From positions 100,749 to 164,748 of the forward strand of contig JAZKIP010000008.1 of NCBI GenBank assembly GCA_040384805.1: a stretch of 64,000 nucleotides of DNA. Reading direction: 5' to 3'. Each line of letters starts with the position of its first letter. Position 1 is the first letter of the stretch. The notes under the pieces were generated by a model. It saw nothing but the letters and a program-made list of their open reading frames with translations. It searched no databases and had not been told where the DNA came from. This DNA comes from Patescibacteria group bacterium. Its GTDB lineage: Bacteria; Patescibacteriota; Minisyncoccia; Phycocordibacterales; UBA9973. Below, in pieces: positions 10,253-20,780 of this stretch. The translations under genes and the position numbers were made by a program.

Positions 10253-10723
10253 TTACAGAATCGCAGCCAATTTATCGAGAGACTGATTCCAGCCCATCTT
10301 TGCCATCTCGGCAATTTCCGCAGGATGGCCTTCGTGAAATAATGTGAGCTTGGTCTTTCCTCCCATGTCTTCAAATGTTGCCGTAACCCTCATTTCATCC
10401 GGCCACTTGCCCGGCATGCCGACATCATTCGAAGAAATCTTGTTTCCTTCCGGATCGGTAAAGTAATCTGTCGCAACGATCTTCTGCAGAGGAACAATTT
10501 CCTTGTATTCTCCTCCGGACCAATTGTCCTGCTCTGGAATCCCTGGACCCATCGTCCCGCGCATGCAATAGAGAAACGTACCGCCGACTTTAAAATCAGT
10601 TTTCACTACAGGAGCAGTCCAGTTTTTCGGACCCCACCATTTCATAATTTCTTCAGGCTCTGTCCATGCCTTCCATACTTTCTCAACCGGCGCATCAAAA
10701 ACTCGCTCTATTGTAATATCCAT
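10253..10723 (-). CDS. SRPBCC/AHA1 domain protein
   Basis: IERVFDAPVEKVWKAWT..EIMKWWGP; C-terminal GWNQSLDKL. Confidence 0.9.
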   Translation of the reverse strand: MDITIERVFDAPVEKVWKAWTEPEEIMKWWGPKNWTAPVVKTDFKVGGTFLYCMRGTMGPGIPEQDNWSGGEYKEIVPLQKIVATDYFTDPEGNKISSNDVGMPGKWPDEMRVTATFEDMGGKTKLTLFHEGHPAEIAEMAKMGWNQSLDKLAAIL

Positions 10724-10996
10724 ATGATTAATTTTTTATGTACCTCTCGGGTACTCCCTCAAAATCATGAATGCATTTCCGAGCCCAAGTGATCGTTAAT
10801 TACTTTATAAAGTAATGTAATTATATCAGATGTCTTCGGAATCCGAATGGCTCAGAAGCGACTCAGATCAAATATCAATTGCTATAGCCCTTATATTATT
10901 TTTTGATAATATCATATAAATGTGCTATTTTTTTAAAAATGCTTATTTAGTTTCCTTGGATTCTTATGGAGCTCAGGGAAACTAAATAAGCACACA

Positions 10997-11293
10997 ATGA
11001 ACACACCCATCACCACTAGTGACCACAAACCCGTTCTGAAAAGAGGTATTCAGATTGCCGCCACTGACGATAATCCTATTGCATGGTGGCACGGCCGCAG
11101 AGAAGGATCTCTTTTTGCCAAAGTATTCTTCGCCCAAAGAAGCGACACATCCGAAGGAGGCTGGGAAGCGGTCACAAATCAAAACTATAAGGGAGAAGGG
11201 ATGATCGTTTTTATTAAACAGAAGCCTGCGTATGGTCAGCAATTGACCATTACCAATGTTTCCAACAAAACTGCTTTCGCCGATGTCTGTTAG
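10997..11293 (+). CDS. Hypothetical protein (orphan)
   Basis: ORF followed directly by a strong terminator; preferred over the antisense ORF. Confidence 0.5.
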   Translation: MNTPITTSDHKPVLKRGIQIAATDDNPIAWWHGRREGSLFAKVFFAQRSDTSEGGWEAVTNQNYKGEGMIVFIKQKPAYGQQLTITNVSNKTAFADVC

Positions 11294-11314
11294 TATGTTT
11301 TGAAATAATTTCTT

Positions 11315-11346
11315 CGTCTGCGTTATCCCTAACGCAGACGTTTTTA
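11315..11346 (+). terminator. Intrinsic terminator
   Basis: CGTCTGCGTTA-tccc-TAACGCAGACG followed by a T run. Confidence 0.75.
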
Positions 11347-11362
11347 TTATATTCACGAGCGT

Positions 11363-11839
11363 CTATTCCCGATTATTTCTAAATGCAAGACCTTTTTCCT
11401 TCAATGCCTTTTTTAAAATATCCACCGCTTTCGGCCCCATGCCATGGAGCTTGAGAATCTGAGATTCGGTATACTTGGCAAGCTGTTCGAGTTTCGTAAT
11501 TCGAGCATTGGCAAGCGCTCGCTCCGCAGGTTTTGAAGTCTTAGGGAAAGCGCTTTTCGTCTCAGGCTTTACCAGCTTCCCGTCTTTATACAGCGCCTCA
11601 TGTTCGAGAGCACAGACCTTATTATACCTGACCCAGCTTCCATTCTTCACTCCCTTCTTAAAATGTCCGACTTGCCAAAGATCTCCCGATTCACGGTTGA
11701 ATATCCACTTGCCGTCCATAATTCCATTGACGTATTTTCCTTTGGCTTTTACGATCCCTGTCTTGAAAAAATAAGTAAGAATAGCGCCTTTCTGCTCGTA
11801 TATCTTCTGACCATTTAAATAATGCGTTTTGCCTTGCAT
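11363..11839 (-). CDS. Fusion of MORN/YwqK-like repeats and a helix-hairpin-helix (RNAP alpha-CTD-like) domain
   Basis: N-half G.Y.NG..DG.W repeats; C-half KPAERALANARIT.LEQL...ILKLHGMGPKA. Confidence 0.7.
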   Translation of the reverse strand: MQGKTHYLNGQKIYEQKGAILTYFFKTGIVKAKGKYVNGIMDGKWIFNRESGDLWQVGHFKKGVKNGSWVRYNKVCALEHEALYKDGKLVKPETKSAFPKTSKPAERALANARITKLEQLAKYTESQILKLHGMGPKAVDILKKALKEKGLAFRNNRE

Positions 11840-11928
11840 AAGATAAGTATATCAAATTCTTTTATCCGAACCGAGGAATCCCCAATAGATTAAAAGCCTC
11901 GCAAATGTGCGAAGCTTTTATTATTTTG

Positions 11929-12333
11929 TTAAGTACTACGTTTCTTTTTCTTCTCTGTGTACAGGTGGTAGCTTGGGTCAAGCCAAGTATTATTGATATA
12001 ATTTATAGTTGCTTTAAAAGTAAGATCTTTGAATAATTCATTCCAAGCAATGGTAATTTTCATTTGCTTCCTTGAATGACTTTCTCCTGTTTTCTTAACT
12101 TCTATGCCATTTATAAATTTACAAATCACTTCCAGCCGACGCGGCTTCTGAGGCATTTCGTTGATATGATCGCATATCTGCATCGCGTTCATATTGCCGA
12201 AAAGAGTATGCCAGTGCCTGTGAAGCTTTCCTGTAACATTTGAGATATTGCCTGGGGTTTCCGTTCCGCCGAGTGAGCGAGGCCTCCGGTGATGAGGCTC
12301 AGTCAATATCTTTGGCTTCTTTGCCATAGACAA
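11929..12333 (-). CDS. Hypothetical protein with HNH-like motif
   Basis: HHRRPRSLGG....N.....H..WH. Confidence 0.6.
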   Translation of the reverse strand: MSMAKKPKILTEPHHRRPRSLGGTETPGNISNVTGKLHRHWHTLFGNMNAMQICDHINEMPQKPRRLEVICKFINGIEVKKTGESHSRKQMKITIAWNELFKDLTFKATINYINNTWLDPSYHLYTEKKKKRST

Positions 12334-12421
12334 CGTTTAAGGTTTAGGTGAGCAAATAGGGTTTACTTGCTTAAAATACTACTCTTCTTGAAGGAAGTGT
12401 CAATAAAGGAATATGCCGATA

Positions 12422-12466
12422 ATATCAAATCAAAGACGCCTGAGTCGGGCGTCTTTGATTTGATAT
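12422..12466. terminator. Perfect 19-bp inverted repeat, terminator-like
   Basis: ATATCAAATCAAAGACGCC-7 nt-GGCGTCTTTGATTTGATAT. Confidence 0.7.
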
Positions 12467-12483
12467 GAAGTCTTAAAATGTCG

Positions 12484-12783
12484 TTATTTCCCCCACGCTG
12501 CATTGAAAGCAGCTTTCGCATCCGCATCAGTCACCCCTGGATGATCTTGCTTGTATTTCTCCATCCATACAGCTATATCCACGATGCCCGCTTTAAATGC
12601 GGCATCTACTTCCGCCTCAGTCGCATTGGGATTCTTATTTCTGTAATCCTTTTGCCAATCACTTACACGCTCAAGACCCGCACCCCACTCGTTGAACTTA
12701 TCTTTGAATACGACATATCTGGCAAGTAATGCCACTACAATAAGGATTAATACAACAAGAAGCACTTTGTGTGACGTTTTCAT
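12484..12783 (-). CDS. Small membrane-anchored protein with internal repeat
   Basis: TM helix plus two repeats W..DY...NP.AT.AE..AAF. Confidence 0.65.
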   Translation of the reverse strand: MKTSHKVLLVVLILIVVALLARYVVFKDKFNEWGAGLERVSDWQKDYRNKNPNATEAEVDAAFKAGIVDIAVWMEKYKQDHPGVTDADAKAAFNAAWGK

Positions 12784-12835
12784 ATGTATAGTATACACCT
12801 TATGGGCTTATATGCCCGTCCAGAGATCACACTTT

Positions 12836-13339
12836 TTAACGAGAAAGTGGGAATTCCGAGACAGTTTCATATTCGTATGCAGGCGGGTTCTGATCAGGCA
12901 AGGCTTCTTCGAATGTTTTGCGCTTCACGAGGTATGATTTTTCTCCCTGTACTATTTTAAAGCGATACCCCAGTCCTGCGCTATAGCATTGGATATTCAA
13001 TGTACCCGGCACACTATCTTTATCGGAGTCCGGCAGATCATTGCAGCTGCCATGTGTCGTATCAACCAATTTCCTTTGGACTTCCCCGCCTGGGTATTTC
13101 GCTTCAAGGAAAATATTAGTATTGGGGATACCATCGAGGTTCAATGAGTCAGCCTTCTCGTATTTCCATGCAAACACCGGAGGTTCGGCAGTTTCCATAT
13201 TTCCCTGTAGAGAAGGCTGAACCATCTCCGTATCCCTTGCAGGAGAAAAATAAGTCTTATATGCAAAAATCCCCAATAACACAATGAGTAATAAAGTAAA
13301 AACAACGGCTCTGTATACAAAGAATTTTCGTATTGTCAT
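12836..13339 (-). CDS. Hypothetical membrane-anchored protein
   Basis: N-terminal TM; C-terminal CYSAGLG pattern. Confidence 0.65.
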   Translation of the reverse strand: MTIRKFFVYRAVVFTLLLIVLLGIFAYKTYFSPARDTEMVQPSLQGNMETAEPPVFAWKYEKADSLNLDGIPNTNIFLEAKYPGGEVQRKLVDTTHGSCNDLPDSDKDSVPGTLNIQCYSAGLGYRFKIVQGEKSYLVKRKTFEEALPDQNPPAYEYETVSEFPLSR

Positions 13340-13375
13340 GATTTTTACAGTATAACAAATTATCTATAATAATGA

Positions 13376-14206
13376 TTATGTAAAATAATTTCTCACTAAA
13401 TAGAGCGGGTTCACCTTTTTCAAATACGCATATATTTTGCCTCTAAAATTCTCATAGACTTCAAGGGCTGTCTTATTTTCTATAACAAGATATTCATTAT
13501 TGCGGCGCGTAAAATATTTTTGAGGAATATCTTTCGTAAGTTTTCTTGATTTGAAGATAAACTCAATCGCGAATGGCGAGGATGTCGGGATAGGAGCGAT
13601 CGTCTTATCAACCGCTTCCTCTGCAGCTTTTTCGATCTTTTCATATATAAGATCCGGCGATGGCGTCTCTTTCTGATTTTTTGTTTCGATACAGACCGTT
13701 TCGCCTCCATACTGCTTCATTTCCTCAATGGCGAGAGAATCTCCGGTTATCAAAGCGACTGGAACATGCATGCTTCCGGCGACGTATGACCAGAGGCCGG
13801 TTTCACCGATTGTTTTGCCGGCAACTCGCATCGTTTTTATGGCGTATCTCATCGTATGAGCATAACGGGCAAAAGTCCCGGCACCTCCATGAAAGCCAAG
13901 AAGAAAGATCTTCTCTATTGAGCCCGATCTCAATAAGTCCCCCTCCCCGTCTCTTATGAGCGTCACACCGGAAGGCAGGTCTTTCTCGAAAAAATTCAAA
14001 TGCACCCAGTGCCAATCAAGCACGACGATTTCTTCGGGGTGGATGCCAGCGTTGAGAGCCCCCGCTATAGCGGCATTAACTTCCCTGACGAGCAATCGAC
14101 GCTTGGGATAATACGTTGGAAAGCCGGGAACCGTCGACCAAATATGGCTCATAGGAATCCCAGCGATTCCTTCCATATCAACAACTATTAAAAGTCTTTT
14201 GTTCAT
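13376..14206 (-). CDS. M55 family D-aminopeptidase (DppA-like)
   Basis: DMEGIAG, EVNAAIAGA, D.H, GFH, AHT, GETG, PVALITGD. Confidence 0.85.
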   Translation of the reverse strand: MNKRLLIVVDMEGIAGIPMSHIWSTVPGFPTYYPKRRLLVREVNAAIAGALNAGIHPEEIVVLDWHWVHLNFFEKDLPSGVTLIRDGEGDLLRSGSIEKIFLLGFHGGAGTFARYAHTMRYAIKTMRVAGKTIGETGLWSYVAGSMHVPVALITGDSLAIEEMKQYGGETVCIETKNQKETPSPDLIYEKIEKAAEEAVDKTIAPIPTSSPFAIEFIFKSRKLTKDIPQKYFTRRNNEYLVIENKTALEVYENFRGKIYAYLKKVNPLYLVRNYFT

Positions 14207-14449
14207 ATATATTGATCAGTATATTACTTGTTTGAAATCTTAACTAATGATTAAACACCTCATTGCGCGTTTTGTCGTAGTGGACGGATTCTTGCGATCA
14301 TACAAACATCAAGGATAATTATTACTTTATGAAAAATTCATCACTTTTTTAACATTCTTTCATGCTGCTGTTGGTACCCTATTTAATGAAGACATGCGCG
14401 CATTTTTTATTTATTATTTTTAACGCGCGTCATTCCTCCATATTATCAT

Positions 14450-16771
14450 ATGCATAAAAAAGCGGGCCTTACTTTGTTTATTATCTTATCTCTTCTTGTG
14501 ATGCCATATGGGAGTTCTCTCCACGCAGCCGACGGAAGCGGAACGGGAGCGGTAAGCCCAACTTCAGCCGTTGCCGGATCAACAGGCAATGAATTTCAAT
14601 TTACCTATACCGCAGCCGAAACTATGAACGGGGGCGGGGTGCGAGTTACCCTTCCCGCGGGATGGAGCGCTCCGCAGACAACGACGGGCGTAGCGGGCAA
14701 AGTTACTATAAGTTCAACAGGCATAATCGCGAGGACGGAGAATAATCTCGACTCAGCAACAGGATGGAACACATCCGGGCTTGCCGTTGTTAATCTCTCT
14801 TCAGATACGGGTATTAAAAAGGAAGGCACAGCGAGCTTGAAAGCGGCGGTCGGAGTGAGTATCGGCGCAACCAAGCTGTATTACGATTACGGTTCGGCCC
14901 AAAACTGGTCCGGCTACACTAAAGTAGGTTTCTGGGTGAGAAGCGATGCGGCCCTTCTTCTTGGCGATGCAACATTCAGCATCTCTTCGGCAACAGGTCT
15001 CCCGACAGGAGGCGGTTCGACCGGTACGATTAATCTTACGGCGTTAAGCGGAGGCGCGTGGACATACGTAACCGTCGATATTTCGGGAGTCTCCGGCGCG
15101 ATCAAGTCAAGCGTCAGGAGCATCGGATTTACTCTTCCGATCGCATCAGTACTTACAAACTTTTATTTCGACAGCATTGTCGTCGGTCCAGGGACCGCGC
15201 CAATGCTTTCAGGCCAATCCATTGAAGTCCCTCTTCTTGAGCTTGGAACAAGCGGGACAGTTACAATCAACTACGGATCCGGAGGCGGTACGAGCGGCGT
15301 TACAGTTCCTACAGCTGCTGCTGCGGCAACCATTGATTTAGATTCCCGCCTCGACCCTTCAAGCGCGTATGTCAATCTTGCAGTTCAGCCCCAGATTACC
15401 ATATCGCCGGGAACCGGAACAACGCTTCAATTTACGACCGAACCGACAAGCATAAGCGCAGGCGCGACCATATCGCCGACAGTCGTGACCCTCAAAGACC
15501 AGTACGGCAATACTGTCGTTGGAAATAGTACGACGAATGTCGCTATCGGCCTTAACTCCCCTCCGTCCGGCGTCACTCTTTCAGGAACAACGACAAGAAC
15601 AATGGCCGCAGGAATCGCAACATTTAACGATCTGTCAATCAATCTTCCGGCAAGCAGCATCTCCTTTGTCGCAAGCGCAAGCGGAGCGACGGATGCCACA
15701 TCTTCAACCCATGCTGTCTTAGGGAGCCTGATCACCGAGTCGGGCGGAGGGACAAGCATAACCGAAGGCGGAGCAACCGATATCATAAGCGTCGTCCTTC
15801 CTTCTATACCGACATCGGATGTTACTGTCGACTTTTCTCATGACGGAGATCTTTCCATGTCAGACGAGACACTGACCTTTACCGCTCTTGACTGGAATGT
15901 GCCGCAAGACATAGAGATCACCGCGGTCAATGACACTGCCGTCGAAGGAACAGAAACAAGCACGATTACTCATCTTGTCACAAGCGTCGACGGTCGCTAT
16001 CACGGAGCCTTGGGAGCATCCGTTCTGGTTTCTATAACTGACAATGATGTCTCATCGGGCGGTGGAGGTGGAGGGGGTGGTGGCGGGGGTGGAAGCACGA
16101 CAAGCGGAGGTGGAGGAAGTACAGGCACGATCCCGACAACAGATATTGATGGAGATGGAATCTCTGAAAGCGCTCAGAATGCGGACGGCAATGCTACGAA
16201 CGGATACGAGAAATATATGGGAGGCGGAAAGACCACTGCACTCGCAATCATTGACGGCGATGGCGATGGAAGAATGGATTTCTTTATCGACACGAACAAC
16301 AATGGTATCCCGGAGAAATATTGGGATCCGGACGGCAAGGTTTTGAGTTCCATACAAATGAAAGACATGAATAACGATGGCACGATGGACTGGCTTTACG
16401 ATGCCAACGGCGACGGTGTTATGGATCACTACTATGACCCTGTACAAAAGAAAATATTCCTCATCTCCGGAGTTCCAGTGACGTCTTCTGTCTCTGTCCT
16501 TCCCTCTTCCTGTACCCTATATGGAAATCAAGGGACGAGCGTGAAGAGGAAATCAACGGGTACGCCCGCATGGGGAGTGCAGATGGCAATCAATCAGATG
16601 GGCATTCTCCCGGTCCCTCTTGTCATCGACAGCAAGATAGGATCGAAATCAGTAGCGGGTATCCAGATGGCTCAAAAAATGACCGGTATAAAATCAGATG
16701 GATTATGGGGCCCTATAACCGAGGGAACATACAAAACTTGGGTCAAGGCAGGTTGTCCGAAGTTACAATAA
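14450..16771 (+). CDS. Large secreted surface protein (Ig-like and Calx-beta-like domains, Gly linker, DxDGDG repeats, C-terminal PG-binding-like domain)
   Basis: Signal peptide; Ser/Thr/Gly-rich beta domains; LTFTALDWNVPQ..AVND..VEG; several DxxxDG repeats; DGLWGPIT. Confidence 0.8.
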   Translation: MHKKAGLTLFIILSLLVMPYGSSLHAADGSGTGAVSPTSAVAGSTGNEFQFTYTAAETMNGGGVRVTLPAGWSAPQTTTGVAGKVTISSTGIIARTENNLDSATGWNTSGLAVVNLSSDTGIKKEGTASLKAAVGVSIGATKLYYDYGSAQNWSGYTKVGFWVRSDAALLLGDATFSISSATGLPTGGGSTGTINLTALSGGAWTYVTVDISGVSGAIKSSVRSIGFTLPIASVLTNFYFDSIVVGPGTAPMLSGQSIEVPLLELGTSGTVTINYGSGGGTSGVTVPTAAAAATIDLDSRLDPSSAYVNLAVQPQITISPGTGTTLQFTTEPTSISAGATISPTVVTLKDQYGNTVVGNSTTNVAIGLNSPPSGVTLSGTTTRTMAAGIATFNDLSINLPASSISFVASASGATDATSSTHAVLGSLITESGGGTSITEGGATDIISVVLPSIPTSDVTVDFSHDGDLSMSDETLTFTALDWNVPQDIEITAVNDTAVEGTETSTITHLVTSVDGRYHGALGASVLVSITDNDVSSGGGGGGGGGGGGSTTSGGGGSTGTIPTTDIDGDGISESAQNADGNATNGYEKYMGGGKTTALAIIDGDGDGRMDFFIDTNNNGIPEKYWDPDGKVLSSIQMKDMNNDGTMDWLYDANGDGVMDHYYDPVQKKIFLISGVPVTSSVSVLPSSCTLYGNQGTSVKRKSTGTPAWGVQMAINQMGILPVPLVIDSKIGSKSVAGIQMAQKMTGIKSDGLWGPITEGTYKTWVKAGCPKLQ

Positions 16772-16792
16772 ATAAGAAGAATCCTCAGAGAG

Positions 16793-16831
16793 AAAATCCC
16801 TACGCGCTATGATATAGCGCGTAGGGATTTT
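16793..16831 (+). terminator. Intrinsic terminator
   Basis: AAAATCCCTACGCGCTAT-gat-ATAGCGCGTAGGGATTTT. Confidence 0.8.
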
Positions 16832-17050
16832 TCAAATTGCCTGATATGGGACTAGCTTGCTAGCGCGGCGTATGTCATGGTCATATTCTATATCAGTGAG
16901 GTGATGCAAAGGTATTGAAACATTACGCTCTATTGACTTTTGGGTAAAATAATATATAGTTTTATGAACTTTTATGGTATCTGGGAATCAATAAACATTC
17001 TTTTAAACCGGCCTATTACCCCAGTCTATAGTCCACAAAACCTACTAAAC

Positions 17051-18310
17051 TTGGAAAAGATTAAAGTAACTACTCCCATCGTTGAGTTGGATGGTGATGA
17101 GATGGCACGCATAATGTGGCACCTCATCAAAAACAATCTCATTCTCCCTTTTGTGGATCTCCCCATCGCATATTTTGATTTATCGATCCAAAACCGGGAT
17201 GAAACCAATGATCAGATTACGACCAAGGCAGCCAACGCAATCGCTTATTACGGCGTGGGCGTTAAATGCGCCACGATCACCCCTGACGAGGCACGCGTAA
17301 AAGAATTCAATTTAAAGCAAATGTGGAAGAGCCCCAACGGCACCATCCGTAATATTCTGGATGGCACGGTTTTCAGAGAGCCAATTGTCATCGGCAATGT
17401 ACCCCGGCTGGTACGAAGCTGGAACACGCCTTTTATCATTGGTCGCCATGCATACGGCGATCAATACAAAGCGGCAGAGCTTGATATAAAAGGCAAAGGT
17501 AAGGTCACACTACTGTTTACGCCTGACGAAGGTGATCCGGTACGGCTCGAAGTGCACAATTTCAAAGGCAATGGCGTAGCAATGGCTATGCATAACACCG
17601 ATGAAAGCATTTACGGCTTCGCCCGGAGCTGTTTCAACATGGCATTAAGCAAAAAAATGCCTCTGTACTTAAGCACCAAAAACACAATTCTCAAAACATA
17701 CGACGGAAGGTTTAAAAACATCTTCCAGGAAGTGTATGAGAAGGAGTTTGCCGGGAGATTCGGCAAGGCAGGCATATTTTACCGCCACGAACTGATAGAC
17801 AACATGGTGGCAACTGCCCTGAAAAGCTCGGGGGGCTTCGTGTGGGCCTGCAAAAATTATGACGGCGACGTACAAAGCGATGCCGCCGCTCAGGGTTACG
17901 GCAGTTTGGGTTTGATGAAAAGCATCCTGCTTACGCCTGATGGCTCAATCGTTGAGGCAGAGGCCGCGCACGGAACAGTTACGGCTCACTACAGGCGCTG
18001 GCAACAAATCCAGAAAAGCAATGGAACGCTTGAAAACGACATCAGTACAAATCCGATTGCATCGATTTTTGCATGGACCGGGGGTCTGAAGCACCGCGCG
18101 AAGCTTGATGACAATGATCATCTCGCTGAATTCTGCGAACTGCTGGAATATTCTGTGATCGAGACAGTAGAAGCCGGCAGATTCACCAGAGATATAGCAA
18201 TGCTTGTTCACGACACTCAAAAACCTGCCAGGGAAACATGGCTCACAACTGAGGAATTCATTAATGCAGTTGCTGAAGCAGTAAAAGCAAAATTACCCGT
18301 TGTTGCTTAA
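17051..18310 (+). CDS. icd: NADP-dependent isocitrate dehydrogenase (type II, eukaryote-like family)
   Basis: [82 protein letters not shown] start at 17051 inferred from the family N-terminus. Confidence 0.95.
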   Translation: MEKIKVTTPIVELDGDEMARIMWHLIKNNLILPFVDLPIAYFDLSIQNRDETNDQITTKAANAIAYYGVGVKCATITPDEARVKEFNLKQMWKSPNGTIRNILDGTVFREPIVIGNVPRLVRSWNTPFIIGRHAYGDQYKAAELDIKGKGKVTLLFTPDEGDPVRLEVHNFKGNGVAMAMHNTDESIYGFARSCFNMALSKKMPLYLSTKNTILKTYDGRFKNIFQEVYEKEFAGRFGKAGIFYRHELIDNMVATALKSSGGFVWACKNYDGDVQSDAAAQGYGSLGLMKSILLTPDGSIVEAEAAHGTVTAHYRRWQQIQKSNGTLENDISTNPIASIFAWTGGLKHRAKLDDNDHLAEFCELLEYSVIETVEAGRFTRDIAMLVHDTQKPARETWLTTEEFINAVAEAVKAKLPVVA

Positions 18311-18507
18311 ATTTTCTTTTTAATTAGTTAGTAAACGCGATATCCCCTTGTAACGAAAGTTATGGGGGATATTTTTTTGCCTCATGCAAGGCATTAATTT
18401 TTCATCTGGAACAAAGCTATTTTTATTATTAAAACATAAGCTTAAGCTCGGGTGAACCGAATTCACGAATAAATCCTCTCGCGCGGAGGCAACCTAGCAT
18501 GACATGG

Positions 18508-19089
18508 CTAGATTAGAGGATTATCACCTAGATTCATATCTTTCTTGTAGCGCTCGATCACTTCCGGATGCTTTCCCTCTTTGCACTCCGCCACAAATGC
18601 ATCCGCGCGCGCGGCGTCAGGGAATGTCATGTATGCCAATGCGGACCCGCACACCGCATCAATATTAAGTCTGCCGCTTACCGGCACGGATGAGGATTCG
18701 ATCATCTTGGTAATCGTAAATATGCCTTTCATATTATATTTTGCCCATTGATCTGAACTGAGCGCCTCTTTGATGACAACGAATCCTTCTGCGGTTATAT
18801 GGGCCCGGGTTTGGAATTGATTCATAGCGTCTGCCGATGCTCCGAAATTCACCGCATAGTAGACACCATCATCTGTTTGAAGGCCAAAGGCGCATTCTTC
18901 GGTCTGAGGTCCCTTCGTATCAAGATGCGGCAAGCACACATATGTGCCCGAGAGAGTAACACTGTACGGAGTCGGATCAAGCTCTACGGATGCCGTATCG
19001 ATGCTTGAACGCGCAAGGAGGTATCCCCCTATGCACGCAATAATGATGATAATAAGAGATCCGACGAGATTTTTGTGGTAAGAGGTCAT
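18508..19089 (-). CDS. Hypothetical membrane-anchored protein
   Basis: TM helix; CLPH....PQT.ECAFG motif; C-terminal C..ALAYMTF...FV..C.EG. Confidence 0.7.
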   Translation of the reverse strand: MTSYHKNLVGSLIIIIIACIGGYLLARSSIDTASVELDPTPYSVTLSGTYVCLPHLDTKGPQTEECAFGLQTDDGVYYAVNFGASADAMNQFQTRAHITAEGFVVIKEALSSDQWAKYNMKGIFTITKMIESSSVPVSGRLNIDAVCGSALAYMTFPDAARADAFVAECKEGKHPEVIERYKKDMNLGDNPLI

Positions 19090-19162
19090 AAGGAGATTAT
19101 ATACTAAATAAATCAATCAAGGATCAGGATAAGTGAATAAATCTCTTAGTAGGCATTTTGCC

Positions 19163-19495
19163 CTACTTAAAAAACAGGAATCTTATTCCTATACCCGCGA
19201 TGATTGAGGCGATGTTTACAATGAAAGACAGAGTCAAAGACCTTTTGATTGATATATTTAACAACAGGCAATAAAGAATGGCTTCACATACAACAACGCT
19301 CATCTCAACCAAAAGGTATGACGATGACCTTACTTGCAGGAAATAAATCGCCAACGGATGCGTAAAACAATTAACTAGCACAATCGCTAAAATCCACTCT
19401 TTTTTCTTCAAAGGTCTTTGTATTGAGAGAATGACGACTAATTCCGTTATAAGAGTAGTCATAAAAGCTATTATTATTCCTGTTTCAATAAACAT
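19163..19495 (-). CDS. Small four-TM membrane protein
   Basis: Hydrophobic; N.FTHP motif; translationally coupled to the upstream gene. Confidence 0.7.
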   Translation of the reverse strand: MFIETGIIIAFMTTLITELVVILSIQRPLKKKEWILAIVLVNCFTHPLAIYFLQVRSSSYLLVEMSVVVCEAILYCLLLNISIKRSLTLSFIVNIASIIAGIGIRFLFFK

Positions 19496-20739
19496 TATTG
19501 GCGTCGCTTTTTTAATAAAACAATCGCGATAATACCAATTAAAGCAAGCAGTGGAAGCATTATATAAACCTGCATAAGTGGATTAGAAGAATTTTTTAAT
19601 ACATCTGCTTTCTTCTCGCCTGTCGGCTCATCAACAATAGTAGAAGAGGTGTCCTGCCGTACCGCTTCACTCATGGGAGTGCTCATAGATTCGCTTTCCT
19701 TTACTGCAGGCGAGAAATTATCAGCATACAACCATTGATAATACTCAATCGGCTTATTATTAAAACTGACTGTGTGGCCGCCCGCAAACATATTTATTCT
19801 TTCTATTTCCTTCGTATCTCTTTTGAAAATGATTTGTTCTTCATTGACCTGGTTCATATCCGCACTACCCCCGGTATCTTTCAGGACTTTCTTCGCCAAT
19901 TCGTCGATGTTCGCGAAATCTTCCCGATGTTCATTGATGAAATTGCTGAAAGCGACACGGCAGCCGATTTTCTCAATTACCAAAAGCGGATCAAGATTCG
20001 CGGTGACCTTAAAAGTACTCCCGTTTTTAAATTTCCATATGTTATTTATTGCTTGCGGCTTTATTTGATATTGTTGTTCAATCCGGATACGATTATCGCA
20101 GGAATTAATAGTCGTTTCCAGTTGTCTTGCCAGAAGCGGATAACGGTAAGTAATTTCCACAAAAGCGGGATTCTCCGCAATCTGTGGATTAATTTCGACT
20201 GCCTGATGACTGGTAATCGGGTTGCCGAAATTATATGTAGTCGGAAAGATCGCATCTGCCTGCACTATAAATCTGGTTTCATCATCGTAAGAATATGTAG
20301 GGCTGCTTTCGTATTCATTGATCGGCCATAGTAAAAGCTTGATAACATTTCCTTTTTTATCAACGACAGAGTAAGACTCTTCATAAGTGAAGCTATAGGC
20401 GACATTATCTGCGGATTCATATCTCTTATAATCCTCAAGTTCAAGATCTTCGTTTCCTGTTATTATCTTCACAAGGAACAAAACTCCTCCCGTATCGTCT
20501 TGCTGATAGCATTTCCCTTTTTCCACTATCGCCCATGGCTTACCCAAGTTTTCTCCTGCTTTCGACGAATAGTCAAAAAGCATAAAATATCCAGTTGGAA
20601 GGTTTTCCAGATCGGCAACGCTCAGACAATTTATCTTGTCGTTTTTAACCCAAAAAGCGGGATTAGGCCCTCCGTCATTGGCATACGCCATCGGGGTGAT
20701 TAAAAGGAGAGCGAGAATAAAAATAATAAATTTTTTCAT
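19495..20739 (-). CDS. Secreted protein with C-terminal TM anchor
   Basis: Signal peptide; C-terminal hydrophobic helix followed by KKRRQ. Confidence 0.7.
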   Translation of the reverse strand: MKKFIIFILALLLITPMAYANDGGPNPAFWVKNDKINCLSVADLENLPTGYFMLFDYSSKAGENLGKPWAIVEKGKCYQQDDTGGVLFLVKIITGNEDLELEDYKRYESADNVAYSFTYEESYSVVDKKGNVIKLLLWPINEYESSPTYSYDDETRFIVQADAIFPTTYNFGNPITSHQAVEINPQIAENPAFVEITYRYPLLARQLETTINSCDNRIRIEQQYQIKPQAINNIWKFKNGSTFKVTANLDPLLVIEKIGCRVAFSNFINEHREDFANIDELAKKVLKDTGGSADMNQVNEEQIIFKRDTKEIERINMFAGGHTVSFNNKPIEYYQWLYADNFSPAVKESESMSTPMSEAVRQDTSSTIVDEPTGEKKADVLKNSSNPLMQVYIMLPLLALIGIIAIVLLKKRRQ

Positions 20740-20780
20740 AAGAAGCCGACATAAATAAGGTCAACACTTTAATTTGAAAC

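Noticed and set aside
16057-16125. G-rich tract as a phase-variable repeat or G-quadruplex switch
   Set aside because: It encodes a poly-Gly linker with varied third codon positions.
16940-17050. N-terminal extension of icd in the ORF track
   Set aside because: It overlaps the promoter; family similarity starts at TTG 17051.
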